A stretch of DNA of 60,943 bases, the filler included, from Sphacelaria rigidula (Eukaryota), in NCBI GenBank assembly GCA_964200075.2. It is 6 parts of 6 records of this genome, joined end to end, with 100 filler letters (N's around TTAATTAATTAA, not from the genome) between each part and the next. Parts side by side here need not be neighbours in the genome. Positions count along the whole stretch, not along the records: positions 30,523 to 40,596 come from CAXNAA020007202.1; positions 40,697 to 50,770 come from CAXNAA020007203.1; 4 more parts are not named here. One strand, 5' to 3'. Shown piece by piece: positions 35,343-48,200 of this stretch (position 1 is the stretch's first letter; each line of letters begins with the position of its first letter). A program made the position numbers and the translations under genes. The notes beneath the pieces were generated by a model. The model worked only from the letters and a program-made list of their open reading frames with translations. It ran no database searches and was not told the DNA's origin.

Positions 35343-38334
35343 AAACGGCATCCTCCAAAAAGGCGAACCTCATTATAGAACGATTGAAGGATAATTGATC
35401 ACGCCCACGTGTACACTTCCTGTTCCACCTGAAGAAGTTGGCTGCATTGGTCTGCGGGTTCTCGAATTGAGCAGTCGTAAGAGTACCTTGCTTCAAGCTG
35501 AAGAGCGGAGTCGGTTACGAGGCCTGCGAGTGGGTGCACATGATCCAATTCTTCCAGTTTTCTCTCCGAAAAGATCGAGCCAATTATGATGTTCATTGCT
35601 CTGGTATATTTCTGGGCGGGGGGGCAGGCAGCATTCTCGCATCATGCGGGGGTTGTTCGACTGATCGCCTCTGAGGTCGCTTGGTTCGGGTATTTTTTCC
35701 AGGGTATACAACGATTGTGAAGGAGCGACCGCACCGCACAGCTGCATTAAGTACGCAGGGGAGGTTGGTTTGTTTGCCGTGTCACTTTTTTCGGTCTCAG
35801 CTGCGGACCGTGTCTACGGTGGTGAAAGAAAAGTGTCGGAATTCGACTGTACTGTGTACGCATGAGAGCAGCCTCCTGTTGACTTTTGGATTGATGTGTG
35901 CAGCTATGTGCTCTCCGTCGACTCTTGTACAGTGACGCTTGAACAGTGGCAGCCCCTTAATGCGGTGATTCGGTGCAATGCACGGCAACTGTTGACAGTT
36001 TTCGAGGAAGATTCAGCTCTGAATTGCGCTGTTTACCTACCGGGGGAGTGATGATGCGAGCCGATTTCCACTACCGTGTGGTGGGGGCTTGCCTTGGCAT
36101 CAACCGCCTTGGAGTGACGTCACTGCCGTAGACAGAAAACAATGTTTTCGTGCGATTGAGGGAGAGTTTTATTTTTCGCTCCAACTCGACCAATTTTCAC
36201 TCCGAGTGTGCTTACCTTCGCCTGTAACACTGTCATGTCCCGACAGCTACACGTCGACATCCTACTCGCGGATATCAAGGGCTTCAGTATAGCAAGCTAC
36301 TACCTGAAGTGTATCGGTCCTCGTAGAAGCCCCTGAGGGGCATTTCGGAACTGAAAACTATTTCATTCAGAAAAATAATTGACCGCTTCTCACCCCCAAT
36401 CGTATCCTGGACTCTTGATCTCACGAAAATACTGTTGGAGGCACTTTCCGAGGATTGTACGGCACAGTCCGAAAAGGGCAAAGATACCGCAGTTTCCATT
36501 CAACCCTTAAAAGCTTCACAATGCAGTGGTCGTCTCCAGTGATTGTCATGAACAAATGATTCTGCACCACATTTGCTCCACGTCTTCTGAGTTGACCCCT
36601 TGACCGCGGTGCGGGTATACGACCTGGGCCAGCCAAGAGTACGTGTGAATCTCGCTCAGGCGACGTATGGCGCGATATCAGGAGTTGGACGCTGAAATTT
36701 TGACAGCAGCCTTCCATGATCGAAATGCAGAAGATCACGGGTCCAGGAAATGAAACAATTTAAAAGTAAGAAGTTATGGGCATTTGAAATTTCAGCAAAA
36801 ACAAGATAATGCCGGAAGTCCGGGGAAAAAAAAGAGAATCTGCAGCTGGACTCGTGAAGTATCAGTCCCTTGGGCGCAGAAGCTCTTCCTGAAATTTCAG
36901 CTCAGGACTCGTCGAATTGGGCCGTGCGTTGAACATTTTCCGTGACGCTGCTGCATCCCTTTAGATCAAGTTATGGGAGACTCCAATTATGAAGGTCATG
37001 AGTTCGAATCCCGACAGATTCTCTCTTTCTTTCGTCCGTAGTTAAGGTTATACATTATGCAGTACATTTTTTTCATTTCTTCTTTCATTCAGCAGCGGTG
37101 CCTTGTGTCACTAAGTTGGTCTACACTTTACAGTGATATGCTTACATCGGGTTCATTCGGGAAACTGGGGAAGCTGTGGTTTGAGCAAGTTTTAGCAGCT
37201 TTTAGTCTGGCCCAGCTCGTCGTCCATCTGGGTCACGCGTACTTTTTTCAAGTGAATATTGATGCCGATGCAGCAGGTGATCCATCCTACCCTCGCGGTC
37301 GAAGGATCAAGATGTATTTCGGCGACCGAAACTTTGTTCCTGAGTTTTCTTCTGTGTGTGCATTATGCGTCATATGTAATGTCATGTGCCGGCAGGCAGT
37401 CTCATGGCAAGCTTTGTACGTACTCACGACCAAAAAATAAAATGGAAAATAAAAATCGGCTAAACAGCTGTTGCCTGCTTGAGTATCAGCTGCAGCACTG
37501 TACTGGCTGTATCATGCCTTCTTCACGACAACACTCGCTGAATCTCGAGATGCGTATATTCCTCGAGGATGCAGAATCGGGGCATCAAGTATCCCGTCGA
37601 TGACGCGCAAGTTATGTCCGCGTCCGTTGTCCAACGACATTTTGGTCAGCGTGAGGTGGAAAAGCATAAGATCCATGATGCTGTCCCGCGATCGGTAGTC
37701 AAAAATGCGACAGGTTAGCTGATGCGAAACGGTACTTCTCAAATTAATCCTCAGAAAGTTCTTCCTGGTGCCCAAACTGACGAGGAAGGAACGCAGAGTT
37801 CTCTCGTGCTGTACTGTACACACTACAAGGAAAGTATTACTAGGGCCAGAGAAAAACTGGACCAGCGCCACGCACTCATGAACATGATCCACACATCGAT
37901 GTGCTTGATGCTCTGCACGAAGAAGGGGAACACGCAGAGAAAGCTTCGCCACCGTTACCCCCGCTGAGGCAGAAGGCGTAAGTTGCCGAATATATCGGGA
38001 GTAGAGAGCAGTTTGTCGAATTAGTTCACGGAGTCAGTGTCTGGCACATGAAGAAAAAACAACTCCGCGTGTTTTCCCTCACCCTTGAAAAGTTCGTCGA
38101 AAACTAGATTCAGATATTCAACCGCAAAAAACTTGATGAAGTACCAAGTAGACGAAACAACATGGTCTTCATGGGCATCTGAGGGTCGCCCGTCCGGATC
38201 CTCAAAAAGGCTAAAAAATTCTTGATAACCCGGCCAGGAAATAAAGCTCAATACACAAAAATTTAACACGACTACACATACACCATCACCCCCCGCCCCC
38301 CCCCCCCATCCCTCCCTCCCTCCTACACCAATCA

Positions 38335-38973
38335 TCATTTCCCGCCTCTACCAACCAGCCGTCCAAACCAGCCTCTTTTCTCCGCAGCTCCCGACGCTGT
38401 GCCACCCCCCGATCCTCCCCCACCAGCCTCCGGCGACGTGAGATACGGATCTCCGCTTCGATTAGCGAAGGGATCTTGCGTGGCCAACGAATCCTCAAAC
38501 CTCGTGCTGGTATCAAACCCGGACCCCGTGACAGCGTCCCCCGAACGCGTAGCGGACGAATCCACATCTCCACCCGTCGGCCTGTAAACGCTTGCCGCCC
38601 CTACGGGTGGCAACGGGGGCGCTAGTGCCTCAACTCTCTGTGCCTGCGCGGCGCTCGGCGACGGTGGGGCTGCGCCCCCACCTCCCATGCCTTGAAGAGA
38701 TGGATCTTCCTGAGGCTGCGGTACCTGCGTGACTAACTTCGTGATGGCGATGCCCATACCTTCTATGAGAGCGAGCAACACGCCGCCAACCACCGCGTTT
38801 TTGGCCGCGGTTTTGGGCCCTGCTCGGAGAGCCAGGATTCCGCCGGTTGCCGCGCCCGAGAGGATGGAGTTCCAGGGGTCCTCCTTGTGCCGGATGGCTA
38901 CCAGGGAGCAGTCGCACACTGCGAAGAGCCCGCCCCACACAGCGAAGTTTCCACCCAAGACTGGCGCTCGATA
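38335..38973 (-). CDS. TIM17: Mitochondrial import inner membrane translocase subunit Tim17, last exon
   Basis: RAPVLGGNFAVWGGLF..CDC.L..IR.KEDPWNSI.SGA.TGG.L..R.G...A..GG.LLALIEG; CAG acceptor at 38974-38976; upstream exon not found in the block. Confidence 0.93.
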   Translation of the reverse strand, partial: YRAPVLGGNFAVWGGLFAVCDCSLVAIRHKEDPWNSILSGAATGGILALRAGPKTAAKNAVVGGVLLALIEGMGIAITKLVTQVPQPQEDPSLQGMGGGGAAPPSPSAAQAQRVEALAPPLPPVGAASVYRPTGGDVDSSATRSGDAVTGSGFDTSTRFEDSLATQDPFANRSGDPYLTSPEAGGGGSGGGTASGAAEKRGWFGRLVGRGGK

Positions 38974-39372
38974 CTGTTTGGTGAGTAGGTTTAAGGAAAC
39001 GTGGGGAGGAATGGGAGAGTGCGCAGTGATGATTTGAGATGGACGCTGAAGGTGTTGTTGGAAATTACCGTTTTTCGCAGTGATTTTCACGTGCAATGCG
39101 AGTACGAGGCTGAAGTAAGCACAATATCGGGATCCGGTGTTGTACAACCGCCCATGGCGGTATTGGCTTAATTAACCACAACCCCTTGACCGCGAGGATA
39201 GGGAGGTAGTCTGTGTCATGCATCAAGTTTTGAAAGTGAAATTGATGCCGATTCAACCGATGGCCTATGCTGGTTATCATAAGGTTGACGGAGAGTGTTC
39301 GTGCAGAATCTGTAGCGTACAGGCGTCGCGTCGCGGGTGAAAACACGAGACTTCGTGAGACGTACGTGTACA

Positions 39373-39630
39373 CCATAGTAAAGGGATACCCCCCCCCCCA
39401 AGATAAGTGGCTGATTTTCAGGAGTCAAAATCTACATGAGAGTCAAAATGACAAAAGCCGAGCACACCGAGCAGCTGGGAACTCCCACGCTTGGGATCAT
39501 TTTCGCCGATGTCGCCCATATGAGGCGCTTAATGCAGTCCGAAATTAGCCATCACACGCTGTAAGCTCATTTTCTTCGTGAAAGTTTGGGGGATGTTTTT
39601 TTTTTGGGGGGGGGGGCTACCGCGGCATAA
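39373..39630. mobile_element. Sola-like MITE
   Basis: GATACCCCC...GGGGGCTACCGCGGCATAATG ends; body homologous to 30630-30827. Confidence 0.55.
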
Positions 39631-40469
39631 TGCGGCGGTAGTTTTTCTATGTCTACAACTCGCAGCGTCAAAATAACCTCCATCTCTCGAGAGATAAAAG
39701 GAACAAGGGATTATCCTTTAGACCGATGTTCACGGCAGGTGATACGAATCCCAAAAATTGGAGTGGTCTGCACCTCAGCATTCCGCAATGTGAGCATAAA
39801 GTGTCACCCGGGTGGTGAGCACTGCCCTCTAATTTGTTGCTCACTTCCATATTGATATTTTCTTCCTGTGTGTCACGGTTGCATGTTGACCGTTGCAGCA
39901 TGGTACTTTGATGGCTACAAAAATATCTCATCAAGGTACATGTGTATATGAACAGTAACTGTTGAATAGCACAAGAAGCACGATGACGCTCTCGACAGGA
40001 TTAGAATGGCTGGAGTGCCCACAATATCACCTACTACCGGCGAACCGAGTCTATCTTCAATTCCCGCTGTATTCCGAGATAGCCCCAAAGATGATCGGAG
40101 CTTACAACAAAATGTAGCGTTGAAAAATGAAAGATGAAGACATGAAACGGCCGTGTTTTATCGCAAACCGACAACCGCGGATGCCATTTCGAGCGAGGGA
40201 GTTTGGTCGTAACCGCCTCATCGTTAGCAATAATTGAGTCTTGCAAGCGGAACCCCCTCGTAGCTCTATGGAGATTTGTGCACCCCGAACGACGGGGACA
40301 ACCGGCAAAACAGTCATGCTGACGTCTCTAAAACACATCATTGACACCAAACGCCTCTCTCTAACGACCACACACCCAATCACCGAGACCTGCAAGATCT
40401 GACCCTGAGATCGCCGGAAATCCTCGAAACAAGGAAAAGGGCGATCTCACTTTAGGTGTCCTGGCCGAT

Positions 40470-40534
40470 ATCCCGTATCGGACGGGATGCGTGGTCAATG
40501 GTCAAACGACCAAGGCAAGCAACAAGTGAGTACG
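40470..40534 (+). mobile_element. Poly-C-adjacent retroposon 3' end, variant A
   Basis: GGGATGCGTGGTCAATGGTCAAACGACCAAGGCAAGCAACAAGTGAGTACG followed by a C-rich tract. Confidence 0.7.
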
Positions 40535-40596
40535 CCCACCACACCCACCCCCACGCCCACCAGCAAAACACGCGCACCCACCGCGCCGCCACTAGC

Positions 40597-40696
40597 NNNN
40601 NNNNNNNNNNNNNNNNNNNNNNNNNNNNNNNNNNNNNNNNTTAATTAATTAANNNNNNNNNNNNNNNNNNNNNNNNNNNNNNNNNNNNNNNNNNNN
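40597..40696. other. Artificial spacer N44-TTAATTAATTAA-N44
   Basis: Identical to the other spacers. Confidence 0.98.
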
Positions 40697-40822
40697 AAAT
40701 GCAGGATAATCGGTAGGCTCCGGGTCGAACAATCTTAGCAGGATGCAGCTCACCCTTCATGCGACTCGCCGAACACACCACGGCGCTTTGTGCTTGGTGG
40801 TTTGAATGCAAGCCTGGTGAGT

Positions 40823-40909
40823 TCGGCGAAAACCCGGCGTGCTCCGTCCCGGCTTTGTAGGGATACGAGGTCAGGCCTTATGACTATGGCATGCATGATC
40901 ATGAGTACA
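40823..40909 (+). mobile_element. Poly-C-adjacent retroposon 3' end, variant B
   Basis: GGCGTGCTCCGTCCCGGCTTTGTAGGGATACG...ATGAGTACA followed by CCCCC. Confidence 0.75.
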
Positions 40910-42270
40910 CCCCCGTGTATATCTCACACGGCTGTAAGCCAATACACTGGAGAACAAACAAGACGAGTGCGACTTGTTGAAACCTCGGTAAGACCGTTAC
41001 TCCACGGTGTGCTCCTGAAAGTACTATACGTGGCGTGCTTGGTTTCATGAGACTGCGGTTTCGTACTTGAGTGGGCTCCAAAAATCCTCAAGCTGGCTCC
41101 AGGACTAGTTATATCCTCTTAACGTCCCATAGCGATGCGCCACTCCATAGTACGGGCACTCCCTGTACAGTGCACACATCAATCCGGCAAATAGCGGCTG
41201 CACCGCGGGGTGTTTCGGTGACGACTACATCACCGTTTCCGCGACGAAATCTGGAAGGGCTTTGACGATAGACCGTCGTTTACAATGTGATGATGCATTG
41301 ATCTAGCACTACGCCGGTGTAGTTGTACTCATAAATTACCACCTGCTCTCCATGGTCATGTTTAAATATGGTTTCCGCTCTGGTAGGTTACTCACCCAGC
41401 GTACACATCCAACTCTGGACTGTTTAGCGCAAATTTCATGCGAGCTCCATGTATATGTAGTACGCTGAGGCCGTCACTACGGGAGGTATACTGCACTGCC
41501 GGTGCGATGCGCCCAGGCGAATATGCGTCGCGCCGCGAAACAAACCGTTGAAACTCTTCAAGAAATTCACGCGCGGGAGAGGCAAGCAGAAGGGCATCCC
41601 TCCGTCCTCCTCACGACACTGTAGTGTACTGAGATGAAGAAGACATACAGTTCTGCACCGTTCCGCCGCGTTCGTCTTCGGTAAATGAATCACCCTGTGC
41701 CACGATATTTTCAGCAGTTCTTGCTTCATATCTGGGTCGCGATAATACTACAGTCGAAACTAGTCATTCTGGGTGGAAATCCCATCAGCTTGGATGTGAT
41801 TTTGGAATAATAGTTTGGTATATGATATGTCCATCCTGGTAATAAACACCCTGAAGGCCGTATAAACGGTTTCATATATTCGCCCGTGTAATTCAATGTG
41901 GAAGAAAAAAACAGCTGATGTAGAGCATTGTGGATTGTCCTCGTCTCTTTGTCATGGGTCCATGGAATGTTTAACAACATATCTTGCGTATTGGGGGGTG
42001 CTGGAAGTGTATTGGTGCTTGAAGGAGTGGGCGCTGTCTCGCCGAGGTAGTTTAACTGAAATCAAGCATAAGTAGATATACTTGAAGGTGTTCATACTAA
42101 GGTCCGACTCATCCAGAGAAGACCGGCTCACTTGAAAGTTATTGCGTTTGATAGCTGCAGCTGCTTTTCACGTCCAGGCCGTCCGCGCATGGTCCGTTCA
42201 CCTCTTATTTGTAATTGACTAGTCTCGTTTGCGTACCTCCCGTGTTTTTGTCGTGTTTTTGTTGGAACAG

Positions 42271-45200
42271 GAACACTCTAATGCAAGCGAAATTCGATGA
42301 GCTATCGGAGTTAGCCGAAAGTGAAGAGAACAAAGATGAACCGTTTCTGGTTGTTATGTCTGGTGACTCCACCATGAAGCACCAGTGGGGCGCGATGTGC
42401 GGGTTCCTGGCAGAGCGAGAGGGCCGCCGATTTGATCCAATGGTGAGTAGAGCATGATCAATCAACATTTTTTGTCAAGCAGTTCTTGATTGTCTAAATG
42501 ACTTGCGGAATCCTTGTGTTGGGATTCGCCACGCATTGAACGAGTCATTCGGGCATATGAGGACAAGTGAGGTGAACTCCTCCCACCAGTTACGACGGAC
42601 ATGAAGACCGGTAAGACGGACGTCCTACTAGTCATCCGGGCAAACGAGGAGGTCGAGTCCAGCCCTCCGAGTCATAAGAAAAAGTGGCTGCTCGTAAATT
42701 CAGGGGTTCTGAGTGCCACGGGTCAGACTAGGACTTGTTGAATCCGTAGGATTTTCCTTGGCAAGTGTGTGTACAGCTTGGTAGGGCTGACGTGTTCAAA
42801 ACACCACACCGACTCCGCAAACAGGGCTTCACAGCTCACTTATAAACCAAGTGCTCGTTGAACCCGCAGTGGAGGCTCAGCTTCTGTCCGAATGGGAAAA
42901 AACGACCCGACGAGCAGATGAGGGGGGAGGGATGGACATCAGGCGCTAGGTTCAAGTAAAGTATATCGATACAAGAGGTAAACCGCGCGATATCAACTCC
43001 ACAACGGCGAAAATAGGACAATGCCAGTGACGCTTGGAGGAGGCGAGGGCTGCGGTGTAGAGAAACAGAGAAGGACTATCGAAGAAAACGGGTATCGATC
43101 TGAGGAAGCGCGAGCAGAGGAAGGGAAGACAGCTCCCCGATTTGTGCTCACTACAGCTATCGGCGGAGTAAACGGGGTCGGCCATGTAAACAGGCGACTA
43201 AACGGTTTTGGAAACCGACTCACGAGAATCATTAGACTTCGAGACAGCATGTACGACGATATCCATAGCTGGATCCAACGCGTACGTACACGGGAGCTAA
43301 AACAGCTCAAGCTGGCACAGATTTGGCCGCGCGGTGATGTCAATCGGGACTGGTAGTGCGTTGGTTGAGAGACGCTGTGCAGGGAACGAGCGGTGAAGGC
43401 ACGAGTTCCAAGGACAAGCTCATGCATGTGGATAATTTTCTTCCCACGTATGCTCCAACCTAATACGTAAGCTTGGGCGACGATTCCAGGGTTCTAGACC
43501 GCACTCGATAATTGCGGCACCCAGACCACCCTAAAACACAAGCTTTCGTACAGATAGATCCGAATGTCTGCAACAGCTGACGACTTGATACGAGCAGTAA
43601 GGCGCAATGTACAGAACGATAACGTCATCTTTCTGGCAGGATATGCGGAGAACATATACCTCTTTGCCAGCACCTCTTCAACACGCGCGGAGCAGGTCAA
43701 TCTCACAGGTTCGGGGGGACTAAACCTCCGGCGACGACATATCGACTCGACTACGTACGCACACGCCAAGCACACCGCCGCCTCGTACGGACCGCAGGTG
43801 TAGACTACGCAGGGGATGAGGATTTCGATGAAGCAGTATTATAGCGTATTTATCGACTCGACTACCTTGTCCAGTTGCCACCCGACACGTTTAGGGGTAA
43901 CAGCAACAGGCGGACCTCCGACAGCTCGCAAATCGGCCCGTCCGAAGGAGATGACTCCCGCCATCGGAGTACAACTTTGTCCCACCGGCAGCCTCCGAAG
44001 AGCACCCACGGTCGATAGCTTCACCACCAGCTTCGCTGAGATGGTGTGTACCGTAGCGAGCAAGAAGATCCACCACAACTGCGACGAATGCACCAACAGG
44101 CGCTTTCATCCCTGTGCAACGTTCTTGACATCACGTTTCGAAATCCCACTTTCTGCGTGCTGCTGCAGGTAAAACAAGATAGAAACGGCTGTTGTGTAGA
44201 TACGGCGGAGGGAGGAGGCCGCGGACTCTGCTTCAGGTTTCGAAATTACCGCTTCTTGAGCGCGACAAACTACAGGAAAACTCATTTCGATGTCTTCTAC
44301 TTCGGCTCAGGCCTTCACACGCTACACATGATCTACGGGGACACGTTACTGGAGCCCTTTCGAGTGCAACAGTGAGTCATGGAATTGTGCTAGGCGTGCT
44401 CATCAGCCCTATTCGATGATTATTTTTTACATGTTCCCCACAGTATCACGTCTGGACGGTCTTTTTGTGCTCATTGGATCACAGGAGATTGCATCTGGTG
44501 CATGGTTAATCTATCGATGTTGACGTTGAATTGAATGTCACATCAGACCAATTTCAGCGCCTAATATTGATCTTTACGGTGTGCATAGTGTACAAGCACT
44601 ACACCGAAGTGACGTGGGAATGATGTAAAAAAATGAAACATTTGACACAAAACAAACGAGAAGAGTCTTCACCCACGATCATGGCTCACCCGTGGGGACT
44701 CGGCGAATCTGCAGGAGAAGATAGAAGATAAGGCCCGAAAATGCAGTTGATGATCGGTTCCGAGGCCAAATAAGCCACGGGCACCGAAACCAGAATGAAG
44801 AGTATCACACCGAACCAATTCCGGCGCCTAATGTTCGTTTCGGGATTCTACACCATAGCACGGGCTTTGCTGAACCATGAGTTGTGGTGTGGCGCGTAGA
44901 AAATGTGGGATACGCACTGCGGCTGTTGCGCCAATTAACCTTTGGTAAATGCTTGCACCGTGCGGAAACGATCTTGATTGATCTCGCCCATTGTTGTGAC
45001 TCGCCACGAATGTCGTCGTGGCGTACCAACGGTGCGTGAGCGGCGAGCACTCGTCGATTGGAACTACAAAAAGAAGGGGGGAAAGACAGCACAACGAGAA
45101 ACATGTAGAATGATGACAAGAACTCCAGGCTAACTTGTCGTATACTACCGATCCCGAAGGAAAATATAACGCCTCTTCTATACACTGCACTGTATCGTGC

Positions 45201-48200
45201 AGTGCTAGATATTGCACCTATCATGGACTGCGTGTATTGTTGTGAGTGTTTAAGATACTACACTACATGCCCACGCGTAAAACCCATCAAGTACCCGACG
45301 AGCAGCTTAACGGGGTAGTCCTCACTCCTTTTAGACGTCGACTGGAATGGTATTATGTTTTCTGTTCCCTCAAATACCAACGGTAGTGCATGGGGTGACC
45401 GTCCTGGGCTTCCAGGGGTGTGGTGATCTTGATCCACTATGTAACATCCGCGAGTGGTCATTCTCCACTACCTCCACTACCTCCATTTTCAACAGCATGT
45501 AACTGTCCGACCCCTACGAGAGACTCACCATCTTGTATCCTCAGCACCATGTGCGTGCTTCACAGCACATCCACAAAGTTAGACTTGACAATCATAGTAC
45601 GAGTCTTCCGTGGGGGGATCCTCTATTTTATGCGTGGATAGGAGTTATGTTCGTTGAAGAGTTAGACTACACTCGTTGAAAGAGCAGGAGAGCGTTCTCG
45701 TCTGGTTGATCGTTCTGTATTTCTCTCCTCTGTTTTCACCACGATTTTACGAGTAATGTTCGATTCGGCTTGCCCGGTGCCGTAATTCTCTCACTCCATG
45801 GAATACTCCCTGTTTGAAGACTGAAAACGTATTACCCGGGTGATCCGTTAGACCGCAGAGCGTTTGCGGATCTTGACTGTACAAGCTTCCAATCATTAAA
45901 ATGATTTCAGGCAAGAGTTCTTGATTAAAATGTACATGGGCTCTCACTAGAGAATGGCTGCAAATGATCCAGAGTGTACGTCATAGATATTATTATATTG
46001 CGGTCTTCTTTTCGAGTCTGGGGGGGGGAGCATCGGAGTGCGCACAGCGGTGACCACTGCAGAGCCAGGTATCTGGGAAGGTTTGGAATCGGTTGTAATG
46101 TGATACGGAGGGAAACACTGCAACCACTTGCTAGGAGATTATGCATCATAGTGTACTGCAGGAAATCGGTGAGAGGTTTTGTTGTTCGCTACTGGAGCAG
46201 GCTGGTTTGAGCCACAATATGTTCTTCCCTGCGACAGCGTGCTCGGCGAAGTTTTCTTTTGATACCATTCCGAGGATGTTTGTCACGATCATGGGTTGTT
46301 GTTGTTGTTGCTGTCGTTGTTGTTGTTGTTGCTGTTGCTGTTGCTGTTGTTGCGAGGTTTTCGGCGTTTCTAGAAGTGAATCGAATGATCATCCTCAGTG
46401 TAGACGGGTACGCGACAGATTTTCGTCTCATTTTGAACCGAAATTCATCGTTTTCGCCTCCGTATCTCTTTGCTTCAATTTGATCGTTCTCAGATGGTTG
46501 GCATACGAAGAGCTTCTTGAAGACGAGATAGCAGTTCTTCGGGACTTCAACGGCCCAGACGCACGGTGAGTATGTCACAAATGCTTCTTATCGTATCACG
46601 TCCTAACCCTGAAGGTAAATGGTGCACATTACCAGTACGTGGCACACCACCCCATGAATAGCACCCCTGGATGATGGGTTTTGGGATAGTTGTTGCACCT
46701 GCCACACAACCGCATATAGGTACGTGGTGTTAAATCTCATCCCTAAACACCACCCCTGGATGTGATTTTTTCGTGTCCCAATAACATACTACCTGGGGGT
46801 GGTGTGCATCGTCATGAACAACGCATGATCCAACAGTAGATACACCAGGAGGCGAGTGCCCACAGCTGATACCCTCGCTTCTCTCTTACAGGATAAGAGG
46901 TATCGTGAACATGAGCGACGAAAAACGGAACAGGGTTTTGGCTGCAAGCTCGTGGGGTGAGGGTCAATCAAGTCACAGTGTGACTTCTCCGTCGAATCTG
47001 ACAAGTTCGCGCGGCATCCAATTTCCTCCAATTTATTGAAACCTAGCGTGAACAAGATATCAATGGTGTTTCTTCAGAACAGCTTTCAATCACCTCGATC
47101 AAAAAGCTGCTGGCAAATCGTCACCCCGCTCTAATACAGGAAAGCGAGTGGGTGGATAGCAGAGTAGCAAAACGAACGAGGTTCCGAACCATCGTGTTGT
47201 GTGTGCGAGGGGAGGGTATTGATGTATCCACGGAGATAGTGCGATGTCCGTGACAAAAGTTTGGTTCATGCATGAGGATCCGGCATCGCTGACGCGCCCC
47301 CCCTTGTCCCTTCGCCTGTTGCCCGAACATCCATCCGCAGAATTATTTTCATGACAACCCACACCGTGACTGACGCCCGATACGGTGGAGATTGGGCCAG
47401 TCTAGTCGACGCGTGGCGCGGAAACCCTGGAAATGAAACTATCCGGGAGGCATGCGAATCTCAGGTATGTATGTACGCGACACGTCATCCGGAAGAGAGA
47501 ATACAACAAAGAAGATGAGGCCTTCTTAACATCCAAGAAGTTTCCACTCTGTCTGTGGCCATGCACGCGTACGTGCTGGACGGTTGCCGAGATGAATAAC
47601 ACTTTGGTGATTGACACAACGCCGAAACCTTGTGACTATGCCGTCCTTTCTCGTCGGGGAGTGTCGATACAATCGCCCGGGAATCTTCCAAGGGCAGGTC
47701 GAGTAAAGTATACTCAAATGCGGGGTATTTTGAAAGAGGTACTTGAGGTACTCAAGTTAGGGTAGAGTGGTGGGAGTCGTACCCCCAAAAATAACTGGAG
47801 AGCGATCCCTGAAACCCTACCCCCAATTCATGCACTTGAAGTACGACTTTCAAAATACCCCGCAATTGAGTATACTCTACTCGACCTACCCTTGTAATCT
47901 TCAACAAATCACGGATTGGAATGCCGAGGAGTTCCGGGAAGCGAGCACAACACTTTCACGTAAACTGGATACCTGTGTAACTATTAAAAATCGCTCCCGA
48001 CGTAGCCATGGGAAAATATCCATCCGAGTCTGATGTGGTACCACTGTCATCGAAAAACCCGAATCGGTCGTGTCCAAGAGCCCTCGCATCGAAATTATGA
48101 CCGAGGTGCAGAGATAAAAGCTAGAGCATTTTCCGCGACCATCGTTTTATTTCTGCGCTTCGTTACCTTCTTTCCCCCTTGCTTTCCAGTTTGCCTCGTC

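Noticed and set aside
33985-35394. 469-aa ORF as a single protein
   Set aside because: One real exon plus read-through of an intron containing a minisatellite; the splice model fits better.
36200-38250. Possible transposase or viral gene remnants between the unknown gene and Tim17
   Set aside because: Short ORFs with no motif I can recognise; insufficient support.
46141-46578. Poly-Cys, poly-Val and poly-Thr ORFs
   Set aside because: Translations of an intronic trinucleotide microsatellite.
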